A DNA stretch of 59,841 nucleotides, filler included, from Dugesia japonica (taxonomy: Eukaryota), in NCBI GenBank assembly GCA_001938525.1. It is 4 parts of 4 records of this genome, joined end to end, with 100 filler letters (N's around TTAATTAATTAA, not from the genome) between each part and the next. Parts side by side here need not be neighbours in the genome. Positions count along the whole stretch, not along the records: positions 36,972 to 45,769 come from MQRL01648336.1; positions 45,870 to 59,841 come from MQRL01614038.1; 2 more parts are not named here. One strand, written 5' to 3'. Under the pieces are notes generated by a model. The model had not been told where the DNA came from. It saw only the letters and a list, made by a program, of their open reading frames with translations, and did no database searches. A program made the translations under genes and the position numbers. This document shows, in pieces, positions 38,561 to 51,809 of this stretch (position 1 is its first letter; each line of letters opens with the position of its first letter).

Positions 38561-39119
38561 TTATTTATATATATTTAATTACTAAATGTTGAAGTCATAC
38601 TTGTACATCTAATAAAAAAATAAACTACTTGATTTTTTGTAATTCTTTGGGAATTCATTAGAAATTCAAACAAATTTAACTGTGAAGTAATTTGACTGTA
38701 AAGTTTGAATTCATAAAAATATATGTATTAAGGCTATAATTAATTAACAAATTAATCAAATAATTTAAATAATATATGTGTGTGTATTTATATTTGTATG
38801 GATTTCATTAAATTACATGATTCGTTCAATATTTTTTATGTTTTGATCAAACTTTTTAATTTAATGAAATCTCAAATACGATCAATGGTTAAGTCCAATA
38901 CTTATTTTCGCAATAATTGTAATTTGAAAAATATGTATTGATATTTATATTTGTGTCCCATAATTCTTTTCTTAAACTATTCGATAAGATAATTAATGTT
39001 CCATTTTATGTAATAATAAGAATTGAAATTACTATGCGTATCATAATTTAACCTATGCTATGTCAATTTAATTCTGTATAATCAACCTAATAACTTTAAT
39101 TTTAAAAATATTTATTTAG

Positions 39120-39579
39120 ATTTTGAAAACTCTATTGATAATATGACTACTTCTACAAATGGTGTTTTCATTGGAAAAGCCCTAACCAGCGCTAGAGTTT
39201 TATTCAACAGTGATACAAGAACAAACGCCACAAAAACTGTGATAATAATTATTGATAGTGAAATTACAGATAGAAATGTGACATTTAAAGAGGCCGAACT
39301 TTTGAAAAAATCAGGAATCAAAGTGTTTACAATTGGTTTAACAGGAAAGACCTCTGAGTAAATTGTTTCATTCTGTTTATTATCAATTGTCAAATGTTCC
39401 ATTTTTATACAGTTCAGATTTGAAATTGGTTGCCTCGCCTGATAAAGCATTATTCGTTGACAACTTCAGCAATTTACAAAAGTATAACGCCTATATATCA
39501 TCTGAGTTATGTGATGGTAAGAATTTTAGTAATTATAGATTATATATTAAAAACGAAAATAAAATTAAAATGCTATTAA

Positions 39580-39646
<67 letters not shown>

Positions 39647-39709
39647 NNNNNNNNNNNNNNNNNNNNNNNNNNNNNNNNNNNNNNNNNNNNNNNNNNNNNN
39701 NNNNNNNNN

Positions 39710-39775
<66 letters not shown>

Positions 39776-42700
39776 CAGTAGTAATGTTATAACTGGTGTT
39801 TATATTAACATTTTAATTTAGTTATTCGTGGAACAAATAAAGAATGCAGTTCTAAACAGTTAGACATTATGTTTGCTCTTGATTCCTCTAGTAGTCTTGG
39901 TGAAACAGAATGGCAATATGAAGTAGAATTTGTAGAAAGAATAGTAAGAGATATGGACATTAGTGAAGGTTTNACTAGAGTAGGCGTAGTAACATTCAAC
40001 ACTTTAGCAAAAAAAGAATTTGGACTGGAACAATATTATGATAAATACGGTAAATAGTTGGTTGTAAATGGTAATAGCATAATTTTCACAAACTGTATTC
40101 CCATTTTAATTTCCCATTTAGATTATACCATTAATTATGGAAATTTATTTTCTGAGAAAATATTGATGTCAAATATTAATAATTATTCTCATAAATAAAA
40201 AATCGAATATAAATTCTTTAAACTACAGCCATATTTATTTGCCTGTAAAACTATATACAGGCGTCACTCGTATAACACAGTTAATTCGTACCATGTTATA
40301 CAAAACTTTTTATTTAATTATTTAAACTAAGATATAATAAAGAATAATATAATTTAAACTTAGATATAACATAAATCAACGCAATGTGTGCCGTGTTGTA
40401 TCGAAACCTTGCTTTGTGTTATATCGAAACCGTCTTATAATAAACATTAAAATAATATAAATCAGGTCAATGTGTACCGTATTATATCGACATTAAGTCT
40501 TAAGGTGTAAAATTTTATGATAGCCGAAATTTTGTTCCAAATATGTATATAAAAAGTAAGTTAACTTTAACAAGTTTTGATTTTAAAAAATATGAAATTC
40601 AACATTATGATGAAATACAAAAATGAAAAATACAACAAAAAACGTGTACAATTTACATGAATAACCTCTTATTTCAACCAACAGCTTATTACGATCCCGA
40701 AAATTATTTTTTATCATCTCTCTCATCAAATATTAAAACTGATCTATTTTTTCCTCAAAGTTGGTTGAAACTCCTCTTCACTAGTTATTTCTCCATTATT
40801 ACAAAAGTTATCTGACGTAGTTTCAATTATCAATCTGTTTCAATTTTACGATTCGGTTAAAATTTCTCTATAAAAAGCTAAAGAACTTTGCAATTCTGCT
40901 TTAAATTTTCCGCTACGTACTACTGAAGGATATTTTTCAACGAAAAGATTTTCTTTTTTTTTAGCTAAAGCAATTCTTTTTTGCAGATCAATTAAATTTA
41001 AATGATGAACCAATATAATTGTTACAAATGTTTTTCAAATCATCGGCGTAGTGGATGTATTTACTAGTTCAATTAGTTCTTCCTCATTCAAAGTTTGTTC
41101 TTCAAAAGGTTCACGAACATTATCATCATATTTGACAATCAGTTCCCTTCGAAATTAGAAGCAACCAATTTTATTCTGTTATATTCTGCTTTTTCAAATG
41201 AGGCAAAGTTTTCTTTCTTGACCATTTTTGGGTAACAAAGATTTCCAGCACACATGAAATGTAGACTTTTTTAATTCATTGCAAGTCAAAGCTATAATTG
41301 CAACACCATCTAAAATAGAAAACTCTTTCCAAGCTTGAGTAAGCGTTACATTTTTATCGTTTTCTCGTCTTTCGAAAATTTTTCGGCATACTAGTATGAT
41401 GTAGTATACCTTCAGTGTTTCAATGATCTTTTGATCTCATGGTGGGAAGAATGATGTACAATTTGGTGGATTAAACATAATTTTTACATTAGGATGATTC
41501 AACTCTTTACTGTGGCTACCTGCGTTATCAATGAGAAATAAAACTTTAAAGCTGAAATGTTTTTTCTTCCAAAACGTTTTTACTTCTGGAATAAAACAAT
41601 TTTTAAACCAGTCTTCAAACAAATTTGCATCATCCAGCATTTTTTTATTTGCTTGCCAGAAGACTGGTAGATGATACTTAGGTTTTTCATTGCTCTGTAC
41701 AATTTATTATCATTGGTTTTACTACAAAATTTTCCGATAGGTTACTACACATGTGAAGAGTAACAAGATCTTTGTTGAGCTTATAACCTAGTTCGTGCTT
41801 CTCAATTTTTGAAATAAAAGTTTAAGACGACAGCTTCTTCCAGTATAAAGCTGTTTAATTGGCTTTGAAATTTGATCTGTAAAATATTCTCCATCTTCCA
41901 TAGTTTATGGGCAGCCTCTACATCTGCTGAAGCTTGCTCTCTTTGAAATTTTAAATTCCGCCAAGAAAATTCATCTTTCTTTAAATGTGTGTAAATCCAG
42001 AGTGCTTTTTGTTTGATAATATTCGTACTCAAAGAGATTTTTTTATCTTATAAATCTTCTACCCATATCATAAGAGCCTGTTCTATGTTTACGATATTTA
42101 TATCTCGTTTGCGGAAAGACGCTTCGCCCTTTGCGAACAACCACCGGCAACATATTTCTAATTTCTCTTTCATTTTATAATATAGTTCGAAATAGTAGCT
42201 TCATTAAAACTTAATGATTTTGCAATCGATGAACTCTTTTCTCCAAATTTGATGCGATCTAAAATTTTGATTTCTTCTTCAAATGAAATAAATTTTGCTT
42301 CTTGATCTTGTTAGAGATTATCTAAATTTAGTGTTAAAAATTAGATTTTTTATAAATGTTACAACTTAATTTATTATTGATTAATTTTTTATCGAACGCA
42401 ATTGAAAGATAATCCCATGGAATACATATTCCATTTCTTGAAATCATGTTACATTAATCTGAAGTCTTATACCGTGTAATATTGAAACCGTGTTATGCGA
42501 GGGACACCTGTATTCCATATTCTAGTAATATTGATGTTAAGTCTAAAGGTATAATAAAGTTTGTTATGATTTCGTTTAATTTCGGTCTATTTTTGATAGA
42601 TTATTTGTTTTGTCATTATAAATTGTTTTTAATAAATTTCTGTACAATCTGAGAATAAAGTTGTAAAGATTTTCTTTTACATATTTTAGTTATTTATTTC

Positions 42701-44164
42701 ACAGTTACGTTAATAGTTACTCTGTGGTATTTTAATTATACAAAAATTTCAGTTAAATCTATTTGAATTCACATTAAAAACGTGAGTGGATACCGATTTA
42801 CTAATATATCAAATTAGGGATATATGAAGGGTAGAGCAATGGGGCCTGCACATTTTGGGCTCACTTATGCTTCTATTAATCAAGTAAGCGTGATGAATTA
42901 CCCAGATCAATTTCATTACAATACCGGTTTCATAATTATTTACAAATATTCTTCTCTATTTTTCCCTAACAATAAAGTAATTCCCCGAATTAAATCCTTT
43001 TCCTAACGTTTTTTGAATGTTGTTTCAGCAATAACCGAGAAGAAAAAATGTTATTTTATTTTTATTTTAAATTTTTATATTTATTTTAGTTATTTTAGTT
43101 CTTTTATTTTTTCCCTAACTAAATAACTAAATGGATTCTTAATAAAATATTTTTAAAAAGAAAAAAAATTATATACTTTTGACTTTTTGTACATATAATT
43201 CATCAAATTTTAGGGATCCCATGGTGGCATATTCCCTCCTAACGCCACTGTATTTTGATACTTTCAATTTATAAATTTAATTAGATAATATTTTGTATTA
43301 TTTTTTTGTTATACTATTCTAATTGCAACATCAATAATTTTAGCATTAATATCCGCGGTGAAGAAAATACCTTTTGATGAAGGAACAACAGATATTGGTG
43401 AAGCCTTGAGGGAATGTAAATGGGAATTAATGAACAGCACAAGGAGAGAAGCTCCTAAAGTTATTATATTAGTTACAGATGGTGTATCAACTGGAAGCGT
43501 GTCCCCTGAAATTGAAAGTGTTATCATTAAAAAACAAGGAATAAAAATAATAGTTATTGGAATTGGCGATTCGATATCTCCGTAATTATTGTTTCCTTAT
43601 TTTACAAATATATTTTAATTTATTGTTTTATAATTTAAGCTCTCAACTGAAAAGTCTTTCTACTTCTGGTACGTTTTATAGAGTTTTGGATTTCAAAACA
43701 ATCAAAGACTACGATACAACCTTTATAACTCGGGAAAGTTGCAAAAGTAATATGATATAACAAGTTTTTTTACGAGAGGTGTCAAACACCTTTTGTGTTT
43801 TTCTGGCCCGTGAATCATAATAAAATTTGATGTAAAGGTATAAGTATATATTAGCATTAAAACAGTTTGTTAAATCTTCGAAAATATAATAATATCTAAA
43901 TTTTTTATTTAGCATATGAGTAAATTTCTGTTATTACAGAATTATTAGCGGTAATGAATTAATAATGTATTTTTACAATTCTAAATAATTTTTATTATTG
44001 GCCCGTGAAATTTTCAGAAAATTATTTTTTTGCACACGCCTTCAAAATGTTTGACACCTCTGATTTATACTAATTATTTTAATTAACTAATTTATTTATT
44101 GATAATTTATTGAGTAATTATTACATTGATTTACGTAATAATTTCAGTTGGAAAGAAATCATAA
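39120..44164 (+). CDS. Tandem von Willebrand factor A (VWA) domain protein (matrilin/collagen-VI-like), 5' exons missing; exons 39120-39357, 39413-39516, 39822-40049, 43344-43581, 43640-43746, 44148-44164
   Basis: DIMFALDSSSSLG (MIDAS DxSxS), TRVGVVTF, GTTDIGEAL, PKVIILVTDG, GIKVFTIG; phase-consistent GT-AG introns. Confidence 0.88.
39581..39775. repeat. (ATT)n microsatellite spanning a gap, intronic
   Basis: Direct reading. Confidence 0.9.
40258..42510 (-). mobile_element. Full-length Tigger/pogo DNA transposon (transposase pseudogene) in a VWA intron
   Basis: TIRs CAGGYGTCMCTCGYATAACAC with TA TSD; LFLIDNAGSH, PPNCTS..DQ, ASADVEAA. Confidence 0.92.
43774..44062. mobile_element. hAT-type MITE in the last VWA intron
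   Basis: TIR (C/G)AGAGGTGTCAAAC; internal GGCCCGTGA; imperfect 8-bp flanks TTTTTTAC/ATTTATAC. Confidence 0.75.
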
Positions 44165-44637
44165 ATTTCCAATTAAATTATCAGTAATGATTGAAGAAAA
44201 CAAGAAAACATTGTTATAATAAAGAATAAATCATCGTGATTTTATGTTGTTTTTTATTATTTGGTTACGTAATTTTAATATGGATTCTATTCGTTGTTTT
44301 AATCGCAAAGAAACTGTTTTTTTTAAATTACTAATAAAAATACTTGAAAAGTAAACGACTTCTCATACGTTGCTAAATAGAATAACGACAAATAATATTT
44401 CGTTTTAATTCTTTAAATGTTAAATTAAAACAAATGTTAATGAATAATTTAATAAAACATAATTTTTTTGAAAGTTTATACATACCTTAATTAACGATAA
44501 GAATTCGCAGATCGAAATTACTTTATTTTTACAGGTTAAAATATAGCTTTTCATTTTTTTATGTAGGACGTATCACTATTTTGAAATTACAAAATGAACT
44601 TTCACTAGAAATGATTTTATTTACCATATTAATAATA

Positions 44638-45480
44638 CATCCAAATCGCGTATAACGCGGGAGTTAGGTTCCTCAGAATGTGTGTTATGCAAATCGCATG
44701 ATTTGCGAGACTAAGTTCCAGTACAAATAGATGAGATACGTTCTAATTGATTTTGATCAGAGAAAATTAATTTTTATATATAGAGTTATTTAAACAATAC
44801 AAACAAAAAATAATTTTTATTTATTTTCAAAAATTAAATTTAGCAAACAATAATTATTAAAACTGATATAAAACTAAACTAATAGAAAACTAAATAATAT
44901 TTCTTCATTTTTAATATGCTATTTTTCTAAAAAATACACTGAATAATTTAAAAAAGATTTTAATTTTTAATTTTCACTACTACTACTTTTGTCGAAAGCT
45001 AAATTCTCCTGATTTTCTTTATTTCATATGTGTCGGATGTATTCTTCACTTGAAACTACTTAATCACTTGATAAAATAAAACTTTCAGCTTCTTTGGATT
45101 TTTCTTTCGGTTTAGATATTACAAAATCAGTTATATGATATTGCTTTGTGTTTAATTGAAATTCATTTTAGATTTCATAATATGGCGCTATCCAACTTTT
45201 AAATTTTCCGGATCGCTCAACTGACAGATCGTTATTTGTAAAATAATTTGTTAAGCTATTGGCCAAGTGTAATCCTGTTCTTAAATCTTTTATAGTAAAA
45301 CATTTACTAGATGCATCAGAATTTTCAGCTGCGCTTTGGTCGCTGTTAATTTTACAAGTATTACTTGGATCAGATTCATACGATTAATTGTTTTAGTTTA
45401 TCTTCATTTAATTCTGGTACTTCATCGAATAATTTATAAATATCGTCATTAACCATATCACTAACTCAGTTTCCACCTAA
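44638..45480 (-). mobile_element. 3' part of a second Tigger/pogo element
   Basis: TA-CA..AAATCGCGTATAACGCG terminus; C-terminal remnant similar in style to 40800-41100. Confidence 0.55.
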
Positions 45481-45489
45481 AGAGTGTGC

Positions 45490-47190
45490 CAGGCATATTA
45501 TATGAAGGTTTTCGTTTAAAACTGCAGGCCATATTGCAACCGTAAAGCTTCTTCTAATCTGGATATCCGGTCATCATATACATTAAGTCTTTTCTGCCAG
45601 TCTTTTGGTACTGACCGATACTTATCTTGTTCCACATGTGTCATTAATTGGTTTTCATTTAAAATATCAGGCGTTTCTATTGTTTCCTCTTCCTTTGTTA
45701 CGTGTAACATACACAACTTGTTTGATCTTTCTATTATTATAGCTAAGTCTTCACTACTTGCTTTAAATCNNNNNNNNNNNNNNNNNNNNNNNNNNNNNNN
45801 NNNNNNNNNNNNNTTAATTAATTAANNNNNNNNNNNNNNNNNNNNNNNNNNNNNNNNNNNNNNNNNNNNTACTGGTAGTTCTATCAACCTTTTACTTAGC
45901 TTGTAAAAATATTCTTTATTTTCATCTGTCCACTGAACTTTGTTTTCTTTCTTTAACATCGAACTGAGAGGTTCTGATAAATTTGCATAATTTTTTATGA
46001 ATCGCCTATAATAAATACAAAACCCTAAAAATGTTTGAAGTTCTTTTCAACATTGAGGAGTATCCCATTTTTGGATTGCCATTATCTTATCAGGATCTGT
46101 TGTGATTCCATTTTTAGTTATTATATGTCCGAGATATTGTATTTTTTCCTGTAAAAATTTACATTTATTTGGTGCTAATTTAAGTCCACCTTCTCTTATT
46201 CTTTTTAATATTCGATCCAGTCTTTCATTGTGCTCTTCTACTGTTTTACCGAATATTAAAACACCGTCTAAATATATTGCACACTTATTCCTATTTTCAT
46301 TTCGCAATACAATATTCATAAGCCGCTAAAATGTCGCTGGTGATGAGCATAATCCAAACGGCATTCTGGCAAATTCGTCTTATTCAAACGTTGTGCTAAA
46401 TGCAGATATTTCCTGATCTTGTTTAGCTATCGGCACTTGGTGATATCCACTCGAAAGGTCTAGAGTAGAAAAATAGTTAGCTCCAGCAATACTGTCAAAT
46501 ATTTCCCCTAATAATCGTATCAGAAATATTGGTCGGTTTGTTTTAGAATTCAGTACACTGCATTCAATACACATACGGTTATCACCGTTTTTATTTTTCA
46601 CCACTGCAGTTGAAAGTTTCCACGGTTTACAACATCTGCATCTACCAAATCTTTTACCATATATTCTACTTCTTCTTTAAGTCCTTTTGATATTCTCCGT
46701 TGTTTGAAAGCAGTTGGTCTGCCATCGGTTGTTTCTATTTTATGTTCAGTCTTTGCGGCTTTGCCCACATCCATCTTATTTCGACTAAATACATCTTTAT
46801 TTCTTTCAAGTATTGCTAATGTTTTGACTATATCATAGTAATTGTTTGCAGCTTTCATATCATTCCTAATTGTCTGCAGTATATTGTCTGTAATTTCTTC
46901 TTCTGTTCTTTGTTTCTCAGTGGACAATTGTCTGAGTGATAATTTTTCAAACACTTCTTCATTTTGCTTAAACTCTTCTAAATATCCGAGTGTAGTTCCG
47001 GTGTGTAAAGTTTACATCTTCATTCTAACATATATACTCTTACCTACATGTATCAATTATTATCGATTGTAATTACATCTGTCAATAAATGTTTCCGCAC
47101 GGCCATTTTCTCTTTATCTCCAGTGAAAATTCATTCTTTTCTCGTGTCATAAGTAATTTTCTGATCTGAGTGGTCCATTTTCATGCCTCT
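45490..47190 (-). mobile_element. Gypsy gag/pol fragments (spanning a linker)
   Basis: [68 protein letters not shown]. Confidence 0.9.
45770..45869. other. Artificial contig-join linker
   Basis: 44N-TTAATTAATTAA-44N. Confidence 0.95.
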
Positions 47191-47196
47191 GCTAAA

Positions 47197-47800
47197 CTAT
47201 TCACCAATTCCACTTACATCTACGTTTTCAAATACCGGAATTCTATAACATTGATTATCATTATAAATTTCATGAGTCTCTGTTTTCCCGAATCCCGTAT
47301 TACAGCTCATTAACACGGTCGGTGTTAGTTTTTTATAGCCTTTAAAGAAAAAAAGGATTCCGCCAGAGGAAGATACAAGAAATTGGTATAGTTCAAAGTA
47401 CATCAAGTCAAAAACATTTTTGCTAAAGATCGGCGATTTGAGCCAAGTTAATCAACGATCAAATGAAAGGTGTAAGAATTTTGCTATTAGAGTGAATAAG
47501 TTTGTAAGAGAAGTTTCAAAGACATCTATTTCAATATGTTGTAGAATAAATTTCTGCCAATTCAAAATCAATTGCAATCGAAAGTGTTTCCAATTCTGCA
47601 TTCAAATTGAGAAATTTTGATGGAGTTTTTGATATGCTTGTTCGGTTCTTTCAGATAGTAAAACCAACACTGCAGAAAAAATTTCAATCGTGTATGGTAC
47701 AAAGTTGAAGTGTTTTTGTCCTCATACTATTTTTTCCGAACCATTTTGTCATCATACCATTTTGTTTGTACTATTTTGCAAGAAGAGTATATAATAGAGC
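47197..47800 (-). mobile_element. MULE (Mutator-like) transposase fragment
   Basis: IAIDFELAE motif; 47516-47615 is near-identical to 54563-54663. Confidence 0.6.
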
Positions 47801-47819
47801 AAAATTGTTACCTGAGCCT

Positions 47820-48086
47820 GAATTACTACAACTTCAACCAGTGAAATGTTATTGTTGTGGTGAGTCCGGTCATGTCAGAAATAACTGTTCATTGAATAAG
47901 TGTTGTTTGCTATGTGGTAAGGACAATCCTTTTTTTAATAATTGTTGCTTATTGCAAAGTAACACAAGAAAGGTTCAGTGTATTCATGAAGAAAATAATT
48001 CAGACGATCTAGCATATGGTTATGACGATATGAAACATGGTGAAAGCAAAGAGGCCATCTGTTTTTCAAGGAAAATAAATATATGA
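47820..48086 (+). mobile_element. Gag CCHC zinc-knuckle fragment
   Basis: CYCCGESGHVRNNC plus a degenerate second knuckle. Confidence 0.65.
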
Positions 48087-48759
48087 ATTATATATTTATT
48101 AATGGCGATCGACCAAATATCATTCCTCAATCAACCGGTAGATCTCGATCGACGTTATTGACACCCCTGATAGATATTCATTCGTATTATATTTATTATA
48201 CTCTGCAATAATTTTCAAAACTGTAAGTTATTTATTTAACTAATTTTTTATTTTAATCTATCATTTAGAATATTCAAAAACAAATAAGGGAAAATGTTGA
48301 TGAAGTATTGGCAAATGATAAAAACTTTGCATGTAACAAATAGATGAAAACCCTAGTCAAATGTTGATAGAACTAAGGGGTAAGCATGAAAGCCTGCAAA
48401 ATGATTACTGCAGAGCAATGCAAGTAGCAGATAACCGACAAATCAAAATAAAATATCTACAAGACAAACAACAGAAGATTAGAAAATTTTTATTTGAAAT
48501 AAAGTATTTAATGTTTTGTTATTTATTTATTATTTTTATCAAAGTGTTTTTGTTATTATCTTTTAACATTTAACTTTTTACTATTATCTTTTATTATTAT
48601 TATTAGAATGTGGTGATTATTATTAAACATATTAAAAACAAAGATTAATAAAATGTATAAGAATAATAATAATGTAATATACTATCTTAAAACTTTAAGA
48701 AAAATAATTAAATGCAAATAATTTAATATAAAAGATTTTATATAATTACATATAAAAAT

Positions 48760-51560
48760 CAATAAAACTTACGTTTTGTAATAAAAGTATCATAACTTAT
48801 AAACATATCTTTATTCTTGGACATAACTACATAATTCATTTGATTAACATTATTATTCTTTGTCATAGATACAATATTTTTGGTAATATATACACCAGCC
48901 ATATTCTATAAATAATAATTTTGCTTACCAAGTCCTATTTAATGATCCGTTAGTACAGACGATTCTACTCGAACTCTTCTAACCATCAATTTTGTATCAA
49001 GTAATACAAATTTAGGTTCTCCAGTTGCATTCATTCTTTTTGCTGCTCTCTTCATTCGAATGTACACATTTACCCCTGGAATAAGATATTTTTGTTGATC
49101 CATGAAATCCAGTTATAAAGAATCTCATAAAGACAACGTTTTTGATAATTTAATTGATCTTTGTATATCATCTTTATCTCCCCAAACACTTGCTGCCAGA
49201 CCAATTTTCTTACTATCTCCATTATAATTAAAAAATATTTTAATTATAGCCTTTTGAATATAAATTTCATTACTCCATTTGATCTTGGTATTATCAAATG
49301 AAAGGACAACATCTTTAAACCGAGTGTGAAACATAAAGTTGTTCTGTACTACTTCAGACTTTTCACCCAAGTCTTTTCCAAATTTGTCAACAAATATTTC
49401 TTGTACATACAATAAAGTGCCATTCAAATCCAGATAATCAATTTGCGATTAACGTATAAAAATCTCTACATTATTTGTACTTTCAGAAATTGAATTCATT
49501 AGAAACACATATTCAAATGATCTATATTTAATAACACCTTGATGAGTTGGACGATGAAAATACATAGTTCGGTTTTTCGGATTATAGAATTAAATAATAT
49601 CTTTATTTATTGAAGTGGCAACTGGTTAATACATTGGATTCTTGATTATAATCTAAGCTACTTGATCCTTTAGATAATTCTCCAACCATACAGATTTCAA
49701 CAAAGAAACATTAACATTACTAACAATTATAGGTCCAACAATATTACTATAGATAAAAGTTTGATGAGGATTAGTGATTAATTTTGGATATTTAACTCCA
49801 AGGAATTCAATGTGGACTATATTTCTATAATCACGAGTATAAGTTTGTCTGTCTAATCTTAAAGATTTTGCCAAGAAACTGTCGAACGTAACACTTTTAA
49901 TAATTTCTAACAACGAAAATCGGAATGGTTTATCATTTTTTATAGTAAGTGTTTTGAACACAGACTTGCACATTTTTGTGATGAAACGACTAAATTGATC
50001 CAAATTTGATGTAATATTCGTTTTGTAAAGATATGAATTTATTATTTTCTATTGAAAACACTAATTTCATTTTCATAACATCAATCGAATCATCGTCTTT
50101 AAAGTCTTGATATTGTATGGTAGAATCCTATTCTATATTATTCCTTAAAGTATTAAATCCAAATCTTTTGGCATCTTATAAATTTCCAAATATTAAAACA
50201 TAAGCATGATGTATTAATGTAATTAACAATGACCTTTTATCAATTATCTCAAAGTCAACATCATGAACCAACAATATCTTTTTGTTATTGATTATGATTT
50301 CTACATTAATCTCATAATCATCACTTGTTACATATTTGATATATGATTTTTTATATATATAAAGGCAGAATATATAAAGGAAGAATTTATCAAGCTACTT
50401 CTCATTGTTCATTCAAGTAAAAAGGATTTTTAAGTGTAACAATGCTTTATTATCGGTATGAAAATGTAGACAACTATTACTCGGTAATATTGTATACAAA
50501 TTATTCTTTTTGTTAATTTTTCTTCTGCNNNNNNNNNNNNNNNNNNNNNNNNNNNNNNNNNNNNNNNNNNNNNNNNNNNNNNNNNNNNNNNNNNNNNNNN
50601 NNNNNNNNNNNNNNNNNNNNNNNNNNNNNNNNNNNNNNNNNNNNNNNNNNNNNNNNNNNNNNNNNNNNNNNNNNNNTGAAACTATATTTGCGGAAAAACT
50701 GAACTATGGATTTATGATCGTCTAAATCCTCAAGATGCTATAAAATATGGATCATTTAAAGATGTGTTTCTAATAAATTCAATTTCTGAAAGTAGAAGTA
50801 ATGTAAATTCTTTTAAATTGTTCGCAAACTGATTACCATTTATCTAATTTGATTTTTCATATCCATGCCTCATTACATATAATTGTTTATATTTAAACAC
50901 TTCATCACTCCAATCACTATCGAAATTCTTGATGAATAGGGAAGCTGATATCTTTGAGATTCTAATATCATCATCAACTTTATATTTTGGTTTCTTGATT
51001 ACTTTAAGTTGTTGTCTCAAAAGCCATCATTTCATTGAACCATCAGATGATACATCAACGGGTCTTGCTTAATTTAATCCTCTGTGACTTATATAATTAC
51101 AACTATCAATCACTTTCGGTAATAAATGTATTTAGGTTTCATTACCAGTATGCACAAAGTACTTTTTCAATGCATCTCTCAATATTCAATTAAATCTTTC
51201 AACGTTTGCAGCTTTTTATTGTGAAAATACAGAATAATGATCAATCTTGAGATGATAAATAATATTTTTGTCATTTGAATTATAAAATTATTTCCCTAAA
51301 TCGGTTTGCAAATTATCTGGATGTCCCACTTTAAACATTATTTTGACTGTAGCTTCCATCTCATTAGCAGATTTTGATTTTATAGGTACCTCTCTTGCAA
51401 ATATGCTAATTACATCAACACATGTTAAAATATACTTGTATCTCTTATTAATTATCGAATAAAGTATCGATTTCATCAAATCCATTTGCCATAAAAAATT
51501 AATACCAAATGTTTTATATGGTCTTTTTGGGAAGTTTTTCAACATTGGATTGTTCAGACT
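48760..51560 (-). mobile_element. Polinton/adintovirus-like segment: rve integrase, penton-like and major-capsid-like genes, decayed
   Basis: Integrase LWQMDL..YKYILTCVDV..PIKSKS..LQTDLGK..VERFN, and PKYKVDDDIRISK. Penton-like FIYSNIVGPIIVSNVNVSLL. MCP-like DFMDQQKYLIPGVNVYIRMKR. Confidence 0.8.
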
Positions 51561-51809
51561 GTTCTATTCCTTCTTGTGTTATTATTTGTATGAGGAAAAA
51601 ATGCTATTCGCAAAATATATTCTTTTAATTCGTTTTTAAGATGTTATAATGAAAATCNGTACATACATGTGATTTTAAATAATATAGTTTAAATTAGTGT
51701 TGAATACTTTAATAAATTAAACTGTCAAACAAAAAATCGATTTCAATAAAGCGAAAGGTTTGTTCAGTGTCATAGCAGTCATATCACACAACATTTATGT
51801 TCATATCTC

